Assembly (NCBI RefSeq): GCF_031551385.1
Contig: NZ_JAVBNS010000261.1
Span: 1 to 28,973, forward strand
Direction of reading: 5' to 3'
DNA from: Anaerosporobacter sp.
GTDB lineage: Bacteria; Bacillota; Clostridia; Lachnospirales; Lachnospiraceae
Length of the DNA: 28,973 nucleotides
Below are positions 9,054 through 18,129 of this stretch, one piece after another. The notes beneath the pieces were generated by a model that did no database searches, had not been told where the DNA came from, and saw nothing but the letters and a program-made list of their open reading frames with translations. A program made the translations under genes and the position numbers. How positions within the stretch are numbered: position 1 is the stretch's first letter; the number at the start of each line of letters is the position of its first letter.

Positions 9054-10316
9054 ATGACACCAAACTACTGCCCTAAATGTGGTAATCCAATGTGTAACGA
9101 AGAAAAATCTTGCCCATATTGCGGACATATTTTCGAGGATACAAATCCAATTATTGAGGATACTGATACCGCTATTGCTAGTACAGCTATTGTGGCAAAA
9201 AAGCAAAAAAAATTACGCCCACTATTCCTAGTATTGACTATGATTATAATTCTGGGAGGAATCACTACATTTGTTGTACTAAATCTAAACAATAATCTTA
9301 AAAAAGCTAAAAATTATTATATTTCTAAAGACTTTGATGCTTTTGTAGAGATTGAAAAAAAGATGTCTGAAGAAGAAAAGATGGACTTTGCAGAGTATTT
9401 AGAGAAAGATGTCGAACATATCGGCAATGATTATAGCAATGATACAATTACATATGCAGAAACAAAAGAAAAAATGGATACCTTGATGCAATTTGCTCAA
9501 GATTTACCTATTAATAATTATAAGTCAACTACAGAAAAAATTAATGCACTACATTCCTCCCAGTCTTCCTATAAGGAAGCAATAAAGAAAGAGAGAAAAG
9601 GAGACTATGAAGATGCCATTTTGCTATACAAACAAGTAATAGAGGAAGATTCCAATTATTCTGATACGCAGGAAAAACTTATCACTGTAAAGGCAAAACT
9701 TGTAGACGATTACACTGCCAAAGCAATAAAAAACGCCCAAGAAGAAAAGTACGAAAGTGCACTAGACTATCTTGAAACAGCTTTATTTTATGTCGGTAGT
9801 ACTTCTACTTCTAGAAAAACATTATTAGCTTTACAAGAAGAATATACACAGAAAAAAGAAGAACAATCAAGAAAGAAAGCTTTACTCACAAAGAAAAAGG
9901 AAATTAAAACTTCTAATATTAATGCCCAATTTAAAAATGCAAAAATTACTAGTGAGATATATCCTGACGACACAAGTGGTTTCTATATGTATTACAAAAG
10001 CAAAGATACTTCAGAAGTATACTTGGACATACAATTTAAGCTTAAAAATTCTAGTTCCACTTCAATTGAATTAGAGAAGCTTATTTCAGATATAACCGTT
10101 TTATATGATGGCAAAGAAAAAGTTATTAGCTATGGCTCTATGTATTCAAGCGGTTCTAGCATAGATACTGTAGAACGTTGGAGCACACTTAGTGCAGGAA
10201 AAGAAGTTACATTTCATTTTCTCATTATATTACCAACGAAACTTTCTGAATCAGACGCTCCCTTAGAGGTTGAATTTTACTTAGATGGAGAAAGACAAAT
10301 ATTAGTTTATCGGTAA
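9054..10316 (+). CDS. Zinc-ribbon / single-pass membrane protein, paralog 2 of 7795..9006
   Basis: GAGAGGAG lies upstream of the ATG. It has CPKCGN...CPYCGH and a TM helix (LFLVLTMIIILGGITTFVVL), with the same domain order. It ends PLEVEFYLDGERQILVYR. A 25-nt stretch (TTAGAGGTTGAATTTTACTTAGATG) is identical in both genes. Confidence 0.8.
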   Translation: MTPNYCPKCGNPMCNEEKSCPYCGHIFEDTNPIIEDTDTAIASTAIVAKKQKKLRPLFLVLTMIIILGGITTFVVLNLNNNLKKAKNYYISKDFDAFVEIEKKMSEEEKMDFAEYLEKDVEHIGNDYSNDTITYAETKEKMDTLMQFAQDLPINNYKSTTEKINALHSSQSSYKEAIKKERKGDYEDAILLYKQVIEEDSNYSDTQEKLITVKAKLVDDYTAKAIKNAQEEKYESALDYLETALFYVGSTSTSRKTLLALQEEYTQKKEEQSRKKALLTKKKEIKTSNINAQFKNAKITSEIYPDDTSGFYMYYKSKDTSEVYLDIQFKLKNSSSTSIELEKLISDITVLYDGKEKVISYGSMYSSGSSIDTVERWSTLSAGKEVTFHFLIILPTKLSESDAPLEVEFYLDGERQILVYR

Positions 10317-10481
10317 TACTGTACTTCATTCTTGAATCGTATCATTTTACTAAAGTTCCTGACATACTACTTTCAAGAATGGATACTATTATATATAAGG
10401 TATTAAGACAAATGTACACCAAACAAGTTTGTGTCTACGCCACAAATTTGTTCCTAAAAAAGCGTAGACATGGAGGTAACT

Positions 10482-12245
10482 ATGAAGAAACACACAAAAT
10501 TGTATCTACTACTTACACTTGCTACATTGCTATTCGCTTTCACTGGTTGTAGTTCCATTGGCGATATAACTAAGAGTGCAGCACAATCACAAGAAGAATT
10601 TGATGCTTTGGCAAATGAAATTTTCTTAGACAATGTACAAAGTGACAGCATTACTCTTAACTATACATTGGCAAATCCTGAAAGCTATGGAATTACCAAC
10701 TACAAACCAACTCTTGGTGAATTTACTTTAGAAGAAATGAAAGCAAATCTTGCTAAATGTGAAAATTATTCGGCTCGCCTAGAGAAAATCAATTACAAAA
10801 AGCTTACTGATGAGCAAAAGCTTACATACGATATCATGAAGGATTATTATAAAGTTGATGATAATGATCAAGATTTACTATTGTATTATGAAACTTTAAG
10901 TCCTACCGTTGGATTGCAAGCGCAACTTCCTATCCTTTACGCAGAGTATAATTTTTATGATAAAGATGATATCGATGCCTATCTTGAACTTTTACCATGC
11001 ACATATGATTATTTCAAACAAATTATGGACTTTGAGAAACTGAAATCTGATGCGGGACTATTTATGAGTGACCGTAGTGTAAATGATATTATTGACCAAT
11101 GTGCAGCCTTAATCTCTGATAAAGAAAATAATTTCCTTATTAGCGTATTCAATGATAAAGTTGAAAATTATGAAGGCTTAACAGAAGATGAGATAACCGC
11201 TTACAAAGAAAAAAATAAAGATGCCATTCTAAACTATGTAATTCCAGCATATGAACTACTTATTGAAGGATTAACCGATCTAAAAGGTACTGGTGTTAAT
11301 GATGGCGGATTAGCTAACTTTAAAAATGGAAAACAATATTACGAATCATTAGTTCGTTCTGAGACTGGCTCAGATCGCGACATTGAGTCTTTAATCAGAC
11401 TCCTTAACAAATACATACAGACAAACATCGTAAATATGCAAACTCTTCTTGCTAAGGATGCGTCTCTTGAAGAACTTGCAAGCAGTTATACCTACCCCAT
11501 GACAGACCCAGAAGAGATTCTCTCCTATCTACAAGAGGCAATCAAAGAACGCTTCCCTGATATGGAGAAAGTAAACTACACAATTAAATATGTTCATAAA
11601 TCTCTTCAAGATTTCATAAGCCCTGCTTTTTACCTTACTCCTGCACTTGATAACTACAACGAAAACTCTATCTATATCAATGGTAGTGACAAGTTTGATT
11701 TATCAGAAATCTTCACTACATTAGCTCATGAAGGTTATCCTGGACATTTATTTCAAAATGTATATTATGCGCAACAAAATCCAGCTCCAATCCGTAGTAC
11801 TCTAAATTTCGGTGGTTACTCTGAGGGTTGGGCAACGTATGTTGAGATGATTTCTTACCATATGTCAGGTCTTGATGACAACCTGGCAAGTGTTCTCGAA
11901 CAAAACAATGCTATTATTCTTATGATGTACGCAAGAGCTGATATTGGTATCAACTATGAGGGTTGGACGAGAGACGATTGCGATAGCTACCTTAAATCCA
12001 TGCTTGGTATAACAGACGAAGACACTTGTGACAAATTCTACATTGCTATGGTTGAAGAGCCAGCAAACTATCTACAATACACGATTGGATATATTGAGAT
12101 GATGGAATTGCGTAGTAAAGCAGAAGAGAAATTAGGTGATAAATTCTCAGAGAAAGCCTATCATGAATTTATCCTTAAAACTGGCCCTAGCCAATTCTAT
12201 GTAATTGATAAATATCTTGATAAATGGATTAAATCTGTTAAATAA
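10482..12245 (+). CDS. DUF885 family lipoprotein (HExxGH metallopeptidase-like)
   Basis: Signal peptide with lipobox (LLFAFTGCSS). HEGYPGHLFQ and GWATYVE motifs are typical of DUF885. I moved the start to the ATG at 10482, which has GGAGG 5 nt upstream. The track ATG at 10470 overlaps the SD. Confidence 0.85.
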   Translation: MKKHTKLYLLLTLATLLFAFTGCSSIGDITKSAAQSQEEFDALANEIFLDNVQSDSITLNYTLANPESYGITNYKPTLGEFTLEEMKANLAKCENYSARLEKINYKKLTDEQKLTYDIMKDYYKVDDNDQDLLLYYETLSPTVGLQAQLPILYAEYNFYDKDDIDAYLELLPCTYDYFKQIMDFEKLKSDAGLFMSDRSVNDIIDQCAALISDKENNFLISVFNDKVENYEGLTEDEITAYKEKNKDAILNYVIPAYELLIEGLTDLKGTGVNDGGLANFKNGKQYYESLVRSETGSDRDIESLIRLLNKYIQTNIVNMQTLLAKDASLEELASSYTYPMTDPEEILSYLQEAIKERFPDMEKVNYTIKYVHKSLQDFISPAFYLTPALDNYNENSIYINGSDKFDLSEIFTTLAHEGYPGHLFQNVYYAQQNPAPIRSTLNFGGYSEGWATYVEMISYHMSGLDDNLASVLEQNNAIILMMYARADIGINYEGWTRDDCDSYLKSMLGITDEDTCDKFYIAMVEEPANYLQYTIGYIEMMELRSKAEEKLGDKFSEKAYHEFILKTGPSQFYVIDKYLDKWIKSVK

Positions 12246-12266
12246 AAAACTATTCTTTTTTCACCA

Positions 12267-12304
12267 AAAATGCCAAGTTGAAACATATTTCAACTTGGCA
12301 TTTT
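12267..12304. terminator. Bidirectional intrinsic terminator between the convergent DUF885 and MATE genes
   Basis: AAAATGCCAAGTTGAAA, loop CATA, TTTCAACTTGGCATTTT. This is a perfect 17-bp palindromic stem that includes A/T runs on both sides. Confidence 0.85.
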
Positions 12305-12316
12305 ATGCTTTTATTA

Positions 12317-13663
12317 TTACTCCATTACTCCGGAATCTACAAATCCTGCTTTCGCTCTCCATCTTCCACTTGCAAATCTCCATACAAAGGAACATACACG
12401 GAAAATCCAATCCATAATCATCGCAATCCATACGCCTAGTGCTCCCATTCCCAAGCCAACTCCTAATATATAGCTGAACATAATACGGAATGCACACATG
12501 GAACATATGGATAATATCATAGCGAATTTCACATCGTTACACGCTCTTAATGCATTGGGTAATGTAAATGAGGCTGGCCATAGTAATATCGCCATTCCAT
12601 TATGTATAAATATTAATATATATGTTAGTTTCTGCGTCTCTGGTGACAAAGAGAACAGTCGCAAAAGCAGTGGTAGCAAAAGTAATATACAACTGTTTAC
12701 TACTGCTGTTATTGCATATGTAATCTTTAATAATTTCTTCGTATAATAGCGAACTTGCCCTTCATCATGAGCTCCTACACATTGTCCAACTACGGTAATC
12801 ATTGCAAGACTCATGGCTTGTCCTGCAATGCAGCCCATGCCATCAATTGTATTTGCAACTCCATTCGCAGCTATCTGAACTGTTCCAAAACGAGCAATGA
12901 TACTAACAACCATTACACGTCCAAATTGAAATAATCCACTCTCTATTCCGCTCGGAATTCCGATATATAATATTTTCTTAATCATCTCGAACTCTGGGCA
13001 TAGACTTCTGCCTTCAAGATGTACCGCATTCTTCTTATTACATAATAGAAACAACATAATTCCTGCCGCTATTGCTCTTGATACTAGCGTCGGTATCGCC
13101 ACACCCATAACTCCTAGTTTAAAACCAAACACAAGAATCACATCGCCTGTCACATTAATTATATTCATAAAGATAGAAACTTTCATTGATACTTTAGAAT
13201 TACCCATTGCTCGAAATAATGCTGCACTAGAATTATAGATTGCCAAGAACGGAAAGGATAATGCTGTTATTATAAAGTAAATAAGTGCATTACTCATAAC
13301 CTCTTCCTCAATAGAACCAAACAACACTGTTAACAGACCTCTTCTAAACAAAATAGATAACAGCATTACTACTGTTGAAATTGTTAACGCAATTAATAGC
13401 AGTTGCTTTGCTGACTTACATGCCTTGTCTTCTCGTTTAGCTCCTATAAACTGCGCTGTTACTACCGCTCCACCTGTCGCTAATGCTGCAAAAACTGCTA
13501 TAATAAGATTGTTAATCATGTCAACAAGCGAGACACCCGATATGGCTGCCTCGCCTGCTCTTGATACCATGACAACATCGACCATTCCAACTGTTACCGC
13601 CAATGTCTGTTCAATGATTAATGGTATGATTAGTTTCTTCAATTTGCTATTTGTAAAAAGCAT
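12317..13663 (-). CDS. MATE family efflux transporter
   Basis: 448 aa with about 12 hydrophobic segments. The N-terminus LIIPLIIEQTLAVTVGMVDVVMVS is typical of MATE/NorM-like proteins. GGAGG lies 4 nt upstream of the ATG. Confidence 0.88.
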   Translation of the reverse strand: MLFTNSKLKKLIIPLIIEQTLAVTVGMVDVVMVSRAGEAAISGVSLVDMINNLIIAVFAALATGGAVVTAQFIGAKREDKACKSAKQLLLIALTISTVVMLLSILFRRGLLTVLFGSIEEEVMSNALIYFIITALSFPFLAIYNSSAALFRAMGNSKVSMKVSIFMNIINVTGDVILVFGFKLGVMGVAIPTLVSRAIAAGIMLFLLCNKKNAVHLEGRSLCPEFEMIKKILYIGIPSGIESGLFQFGRVMVVSIIARFGTVQIAANGVANTIDGMGCIAGQAMSLAMITVVGQCVGAHDEGQVRYYTKKLLKITYAITAVVNSCILLLLPLLLRLFSLSPETQKLTYILIFIHNGMAILLWPASFTLPNALRACNDVKFAMILSICSMCAFRIMFSYILGVGLGMGALGVWIAMIMDWIFRVCSFVWRFASGRWRAKAGFVDSGVME

Positions 13664-13791
13664 GTTGCCTCCTATCGGCGCTTTTTTTACGTCGTTTTTA
13701 TATCTTTTCTCTTAGGTCAATAAGTTTAACTTGAATTCTAATAATATTCTAGTCTTCTTATTTCATTTTTACAATAGCAATTCTTATATTT

Positions 13792-14043
13792 CTACCAATA
13801 TTTATTTTCACTCGGACAATAGTTTACTTTCTTAGCAGCTCTTACTTCAACGAAGCAACCACATTTTCTACACATGCCACTTTCCAAGTTATCGCATTGC
13901 TTACAAAGCGATAATCTTCTTTGATACTCTTCCTCTTCTGTCTTTACATCGACGGGAAGTAAGGCTATATATTCATACATACTTTCATAATATGCATCCT
14001 TATCCATCTCTGCTAGAAGACATTTCTTACATGCCCATTTCAT
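13792..14043 (-). CDS. Small Cys-rich (putative zinc-binding) protein, function unknown (possibly the DUF6171 family)
   Basis: 83 aa with CKKC...CKQC...CRKCGC...C spacing. Its SD (AAGAGGTGA) is embedded in the last codons and stop of the upstream GH51 gene, with a 4-nt intergenic gap, which suggests translational coupling. Confidence 0.65.
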   Translation of the reverse strand: MKWACKKCLLAEMDKDAYYESMYEYIALLPVDVKTEEEEYQRRLSLCKQCDNLESGMCRKCGCFVEVRAAKKVNYCPSENKYW

Positions 14044-14047
14044 TATT

Positions 14048-15529
14048 TCACCTCTTTAGTTTTAATGATACGACACTACAGGCTGGTACTGCAAGAATTA
14101 TTTTTTTATCCTCCATTCTATATCCATTATAATCAACTGGCTCTACAATATGTCCATCTTCGAAAGAGTTGTATCCGTCCATCTTTGATTGTAGCAATTC
14201 TGCACTGCACTCACTGAATTCTCTATCAACTAAATCAACCACTACTTCATAGTCTTCTGCTAAATCACAATTTGATATTGTCAATAGAATACTTCCATCT
14301 TCGCTAATTGATGCCGATTGCGATAATGCAGGCACAAGCACATCTTCACCAGCTTCATTATTCTCAACATAACTATCTAGCAATGTTGCATCTTGATGAT
14401 CACGATACATACGGAATATATGGAATGTTGGTGTCTTAATCATCTTCTCACCTTCTGTAAGAATAACAGCCTGCAATACATTAACTACCTGAGCAATGTT
14501 TGCCATTACTACTCGGTCTGAATGTTGATTAAATATATTCAATGTAATTGCTGCAGTAATTGCATCACGCATTGTATTCTGTTGATACAAAAATCCCGGA
14601 TTTGTTCCCGGTTCTACGTCAAACCAATTGCCCCACTCATCTACAATAAGCCCAACTTTATGTTCTTTATCATGTCTGCTCATAATTTCGCAATGCTTCT
14701 CAATTATCTCGTCCATCATATAGGCTTTGTGCATTGTATTGTAATATTCCTCAGTAGAGAAATCGGTTGCACTTCCCTTCTTCGCCCAAGTACCAGGCAT
14801 TACATAATAGTGTAGCGCAATTGCTTTGGGAAGTCTATTGGTTAGCATTGACATCAGTTTATCTGTCCAATCGTAATCCGTTGAATTCGGCCCACAAGCG
14901 ATTTTATATAACTCGTTACCACTTAGATTTTTACAGTATTCTTGATATCTTCTATATTCATGCGCATAGTACTCTGGGAACATACTTCCACCACAACCCC
15001 AGTTTTCATTTCCTATTCCAAGATATTTTAACTTCCATGGTTTCTCTTGTCCATTCTTCTTACGAAGGTTTGCCATTGGAGATTCTCCATCAAATGTCAT
15101 ATATTCAATCCACTCTGCAAGCTCCTGAACTGTTCCGCTACCAACATTTCCTGCAATATAAGGCTCACAACCAATCTGTTCACATAGTTCCATAAACTCA
15201 TGTGTACCAAAGCTATTGTCTTCTACCACACCGCCCCAGTTTGTATTCACCATTCTCTTTCTGCCTTCTTTTGGACCAATACCATCTTTCCAATGATATT
15301 CATCTGCAAAACAACCTCCTGGCCAGCGCAAAACTGGTGTTTTAATTTCTTTTAGAGCTTCTACAACATCATTTCTCATACCTTTTTTGTTCGGAATACT
15401 GGACTCTTCTCCTACATAAATTCCTTCATAGATACATCTTCCTAGATGCTCTGAGAAATGTCCATAAATCTCTCTGTTAATCTTACTTTTTTGATTCGCT
15501 GCATTTACAAATAATTTTACTTGTTTCAT
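14048..15529 (-). CDS. abfA: Alpha-L-arabinofuranosidase, glycoside hydrolase family 51
   Basis: The [38 protein letters not shown] and [12 protein letters not shown] (acid/base Glu) blocks are characteristic of GH51. GGAGG lies 6 nt upstream of the ATG. Confidence 0.9.
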   Translation of the reverse strand: MKQVKLFVNAANQKSKINREIYGHFSEHLGRCIYEGIYVGEESSIPNKKGMRNDVVEALKEIKTPVLRWPGGCFADEYHWKDGIGPKEGRKRMVNTNWGGVVEDNSFGTHEFMELCEQIGCEPYIAGNVGSGTVQELAEWIEYMTFDGESPMANLRKKNGQEKPWKLKYLGIGNENWGCGGSMFPEYYAHEYRRYQEYCKNLSGNELYKIACGPNSTDYDWTDKLMSMLTNRLPKAIALHYYVMPGTWAKKGSATDFSTEEYYNTMHKAYMMDEIIEKHCEIMSRHDKEHKVGLIVDEWGNWFDVEPGTNPGFLYQQNTMRDAITAAITLNIFNQHSDRVVMANIAQVVNVLQAVILTEGEKMIKTPTFHIFRMYRDHQDATLLDSYVENNEAGEDVLVPALSQSASISEDGSILLTISNCDLAEDYEVVVDLVDREFSECSAELLQSKMDGYNSFEDGHIVEPVDYNGYRMEDKKIILAVPACSVVSLKLKR

Positions 15530-15713
15530 TATGTGCCTCCTATGTAATTATATCATGATTTTTTATATCTACATATTACATAATTGACAAATTCATTACA
15601 ATGATTTATCTTATTATAAAACTGATTTATTCTATTTTAAAATCGCAATGAAACGCACCCAATTTTCTTACTGTTCACATGTGATATCCTGCGAGGTGTT
15701 TTTTGTGACTGTA

Positions 15714-15746
15714 AAAAAGCAAAAGTTGCCAAAAAGCAAAAATTGC
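15714..15746 (+). repeat. Tandem 16-bp direct repeat in the abfA/araC-like divergent control region
   Basis: AAAAAGCAAAAGTTGC (15714-15729) and AAAAAGCAAAAATTGC (15731-15746) repeat with a 17-bp period and one mismatch. They sit immediately upstream of the AraC-family gene start. Confidence 0.6.
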
Positions 15747-15762
15747 AGACTACGAGAAAGGC

Positions 15763-16566
15763 ATGGTTATTACTATGAAAATACACAGCATTGGCTATCA
15801 TTACCGTGAAAAACCGAGTTTCTTTATTCATCGTCCTCATGGAATAGACTCTTATTTGCTCTTATTAATCTTAACTCCTGCTTTTTTCGAGTTAAACGGT
15901 GAGCGAATCCTAACAAAACCAAATTGTATGATTCTTTTTGATAAAATGTCTCCACAACTATATGGTGCTGTGAACCAGCCATTTTGCAATGATTTCATTC
16001 ATTTTGAATTTGAAGACAAAACTGAACAATCCTATGTTTCTTCTATCTTATCCTTTGATACAATATATGAAATCCCAACTATGGAATTGATATCAAGGAA
16101 AATACGCGAACTGAGTTTTGAACACCTTTCTGCTAATAGTAAGAAAGAAGAATCTATGCAACTTATACTAAAGCTTTTGTTTTTTAAGATTGAAGAACAG
16201 CTAAAAGCAAATGAATCCAGTACACCTTACTCACCATATTATCATGATTTACTTTCCCTACGTTCCTATATCTATAATTCCGTAGAGAAAAAACACAGCA
16301 TCGAAGAGCTGGCAAACCGAGTAGACCTTAGTCCTTCCCATTTTCATGCTCTATACAAGAAAACATTTGGTATATCCTGTATTCAAGATGTTATTACAAG
16401 TAAAATTGAATTTGCAAAGTATCATCTTACACAGACAGGGTATCAAGTCAAAGAAATCGCCACACTATGCGGTTATGATAATGAAGTGCATTTTATGAGA
16501 CAATTTAAGAAATTAACTGGTTATACGCCGAAGGAATATAGAAATAAGGTGCTACATAAGAATTAA
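15763..16566 (+). CDS. AraC family transcriptional regulator
   Basis: The C-terminal dual HTH reads IEELANRVDLSPSHFHALYKKTFG ... IKEIATLCGYDNEVHFMRQFKKLTGYTPKEYR. The gene is divergent from the GH51 gene. The start is ambiguous between the ATGs at 15763 and 15775. Confidence 0.88.
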   Translation: MVITMKIHSIGYHYREKPSFFIHRPHGIDSYLLLLILTPAFFELNGERILTKPNCMILFDKMSPQLYGAVNQPFCNDFIHFEFEDKTEQSYVSSILSFDTIYEIPTMELISRKIRELSFEHLSANSKKEESMQLILKLLFFKIEEQLKANESSTPYSPYYHDLLSLRSYIYNSVEKKHSIEELANRVDLSPSHFHALYKKTFGISCIQDVITSKIEFAKYHLTQTGYQVKEIATLCGYDNEVHFMRQFKKLTGYTPKEYRNKVLHKN

Positions 16567-16581
16567 ATCTTATATAGCACC
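16548..16581 (-). terminator. Candidate terminator hairpin for the transglutaminase-like gene, overlapping the 3' end of the AraC-family CDS
   Basis: GGTGCTACATAAGA, loop ATTAAA, TCTTATATAGCACC: a 14-bp stem with one mismatch. On the minus strand it is followed by a TTATTTCT stretch, so the U-tract is weak. Confidence 0.4.
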
Positions 16582-16605
16582 TTGCTAATGTACTGTGTTA
16601 TTAAT

Positions 16606-17682
16606 TTATTTTGTCACTGTAACTTTTGTTGTTATCTTCTTAACCGTACTATCCGGCATGGTCACTGTAGCTGTTATTGTAGCCGTTCCTTTTGCCTTTG
16701 CTGTTATCTTACCTTTTGTTGAAACGGTTGCTATCTTTGTATTACTACTCTTCCACTTTACAGTTGCCTTTTCTGGAATTGGTAACGTTATAGTTTTGGT
16801 TTTACTTACTTTTAATGAAGCTTTTGTCAACATCTTAATGTCTGATGCTGTTGGTGTGTAATTCTTCTCTGCTATCGTATACTGCTCTAGTACATCTTCC
16901 AAAGAAAATTGATCTGTCGCCATATGATCTTTATCAAATGTCTTACTACCTTTTAGAAAATAGTCATAGTAAACTTTCGTACCACCTATTGGATCATCCC
17001 ATGTAGTATCAACCATATACCATTTATTCTTTAATTCAACGATATTCCATGCATGTAGCGTCTGTGTCCCATCTGTTGTAGCAAGTCCGGTAACAATCTT
17101 ACATGGAACTCCTGCTTCTGTTAGCATCTTATAAAATAACAATGCATATCCATTACATACTGTACTTTTATTAATCAACCCATCATAGGCACTAAACTTC
17201 TTTAAATCTGTATCATACTCCACATTCTTAACAATGTAGTCATGGATCGCTTTTATCTTCCCATAGTCCGACATACTTGATACACCAAGTGATTTCAACA
17301 CTTGTGCAATCTTCGCATCCACCTCTTGCGTTTCTTTCAATGTCTCATGGTAAGAGAAGGATATCGTAAATACATTCCCTGTACGTGACAATTTCCATGA
17401 TTTGAATATTCCTTGTATATAATCCGCATCACTTGATGTACTGTCATCATCAATTTGATAAGCCTCCGTTAGCAAGTCATCAAAATTGTCAAAAATCTGT
17501 TCTCTGTCTGACCCCGTATATGTTATCGTTGTTTTACTCTCGCGTTTTGAAATCGCGTCATACAGCGCTTGAACAAACTCATCACTATCCTTTGCTGTCT
17601 TTGCTGACGCAACTTGTGGAACAATAAGTGAAATGCTTAAAAGAATAGCTAGTAACAATGTTTTTATTTTTTTAGTATACAT
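16606..17682 (-). CDS. Secreted transglutaminase-like cysteine protease domain protein with C-terminal Ig-like (Big_2-type) domain
   Basis: Signal peptide (LLLAILLSISLIVPQVASA). The transglutaminase core is VCNGYALLFYKML...HAWNIV...VDTTWDD (Cys-His-Asp). The C-terminus KWKSSNTKIATVSTKGKITAKAKGTATITATV is typical of Big_2. Confidence 0.82.
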   Translation of the reverse strand: MYTKKIKTLLLAILLSISLIVPQVASAKTAKDSDEFVQALYDAISKRESKTTITYTGSDREQIFDNFDDLLTEAYQIDDDSTSSDADYIQGIFKSWKLSRTGNVFTISFSYHETLKETQEVDAKIAQVLKSLGVSSMSDYGKIKAIHDYIVKNVEYDTDLKKFSAYDGLINKSTVCNGYALLFYKMLTEAGVPCKIVTGLATTDGTQTLHAWNIVELKNKWYMVDTTWDDPIGGTKVYYDYFLKGSKTFDKDHMATDQFSLEDVLEQYTIAEKNYTPTASDIKMLTKASLKVSKTKTITLPIPEKATVKWKSSNTKIATVSTKGKITAKAKGTATITATVTMPDSTVKKITTKVTVTK

Positions 17683-17727
17683 GCTGCTTCCCCCTGCCCG
17701 TTCTTGCTCCTACGATAACTTCACTTG

Positions 17728-18114
17728 TTATTTCTTTCGCTTCTTCAAGAACTTCTTCCATTTCTTTCTAGTCGATTTACTAATATTATGTTCAATAAGA
17801 TCAGCTTCTGCCTCTGCTGTTTTTTCATCTACTTCTAATACCTCAATAAAAAACTTACGAACCACCTTATATGACTCTAAGATATTATTCGCTGTCTTTT
17901 CACCTTTTGGGGTTAGCTTAACTGTTCCATAATGTTCATGCTCAATATACTCACCTTCTTTTAGCATATTAATTGCACGATTTACACTAGGCTTCGATAA
18001 TCCCAAATATTTTGCTACATCGGTTACTCTTACTTCTCCCTGTTCTTGCTCTAGAAGATAGATTTGTTTGAGGTAATCTTCTTGTGATGCAGTAAGTACA
18101 TATTTATCTTTCAT
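17728..18114 (-). CDS. DtxR/MntR family metal-dependent transcriptional regulator (short form with Lys-rich tail)
   Basis: QEDYLKQIYLL...VRVTDVAKYLGLSKPSVNRAINMLKEGEYI matches the DtxR-type wHTH, followed by a helical dimerisation region. At 128 aa it ends STRKKWKKFLKKRKK. Confidence 0.8.
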   Translation of the reverse strand: MKDKYVLTASQEDYLKQIYLLEQEQGEVRVTDVAKYLGLSKPSVNRAINMLKEGEYIEHEHYGTVKLTPKGEKTANNILESYKVVRKFFIEVLEVDEKTAEAEADLIEHNISKSTRKKWKKFLKKRKK

Positions 18115-18129
18115 TGTGCCTCCAGATAA

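Noticed and set aside
7791-9973. Minus-strand ORFs 7791..7976, 9065..9292 and 9788..9973 over the zinc-ribbon paralogs; also 10454..10651 over the DUF885 start
   Set aside because: They are antisense shadows over TM-helix or Lys-rich coding segments with no RBS.
12205-12746. ORFs 12205..12417 (+), 12303..12506 (-) and 12498..12746 (+)
   Set aside because: They span the bidirectional terminator or lie out of frame or antisense within the MATE transporter gene. None has an RBS.
14522-15195. 97-aa and 142-aa + strand ORFs inside the GH51 gene
   Set aside because: They are antisense shadows of abfA with no SD and no recognisable motifs.
16595-16861. 88-aa very hydrophobic ORF on the + strand (MLLIYFVTVTFVVIFL...)
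   Set aside because: It lies entirely antisense to the Thr/Lys/Val-rich Ig-like C-terminus of the transglutaminase-like gene. The complement of such codons automatically gives Val/Phe/Thr-rich open frames. There is no SD and it overlaps a well-supported CDS.
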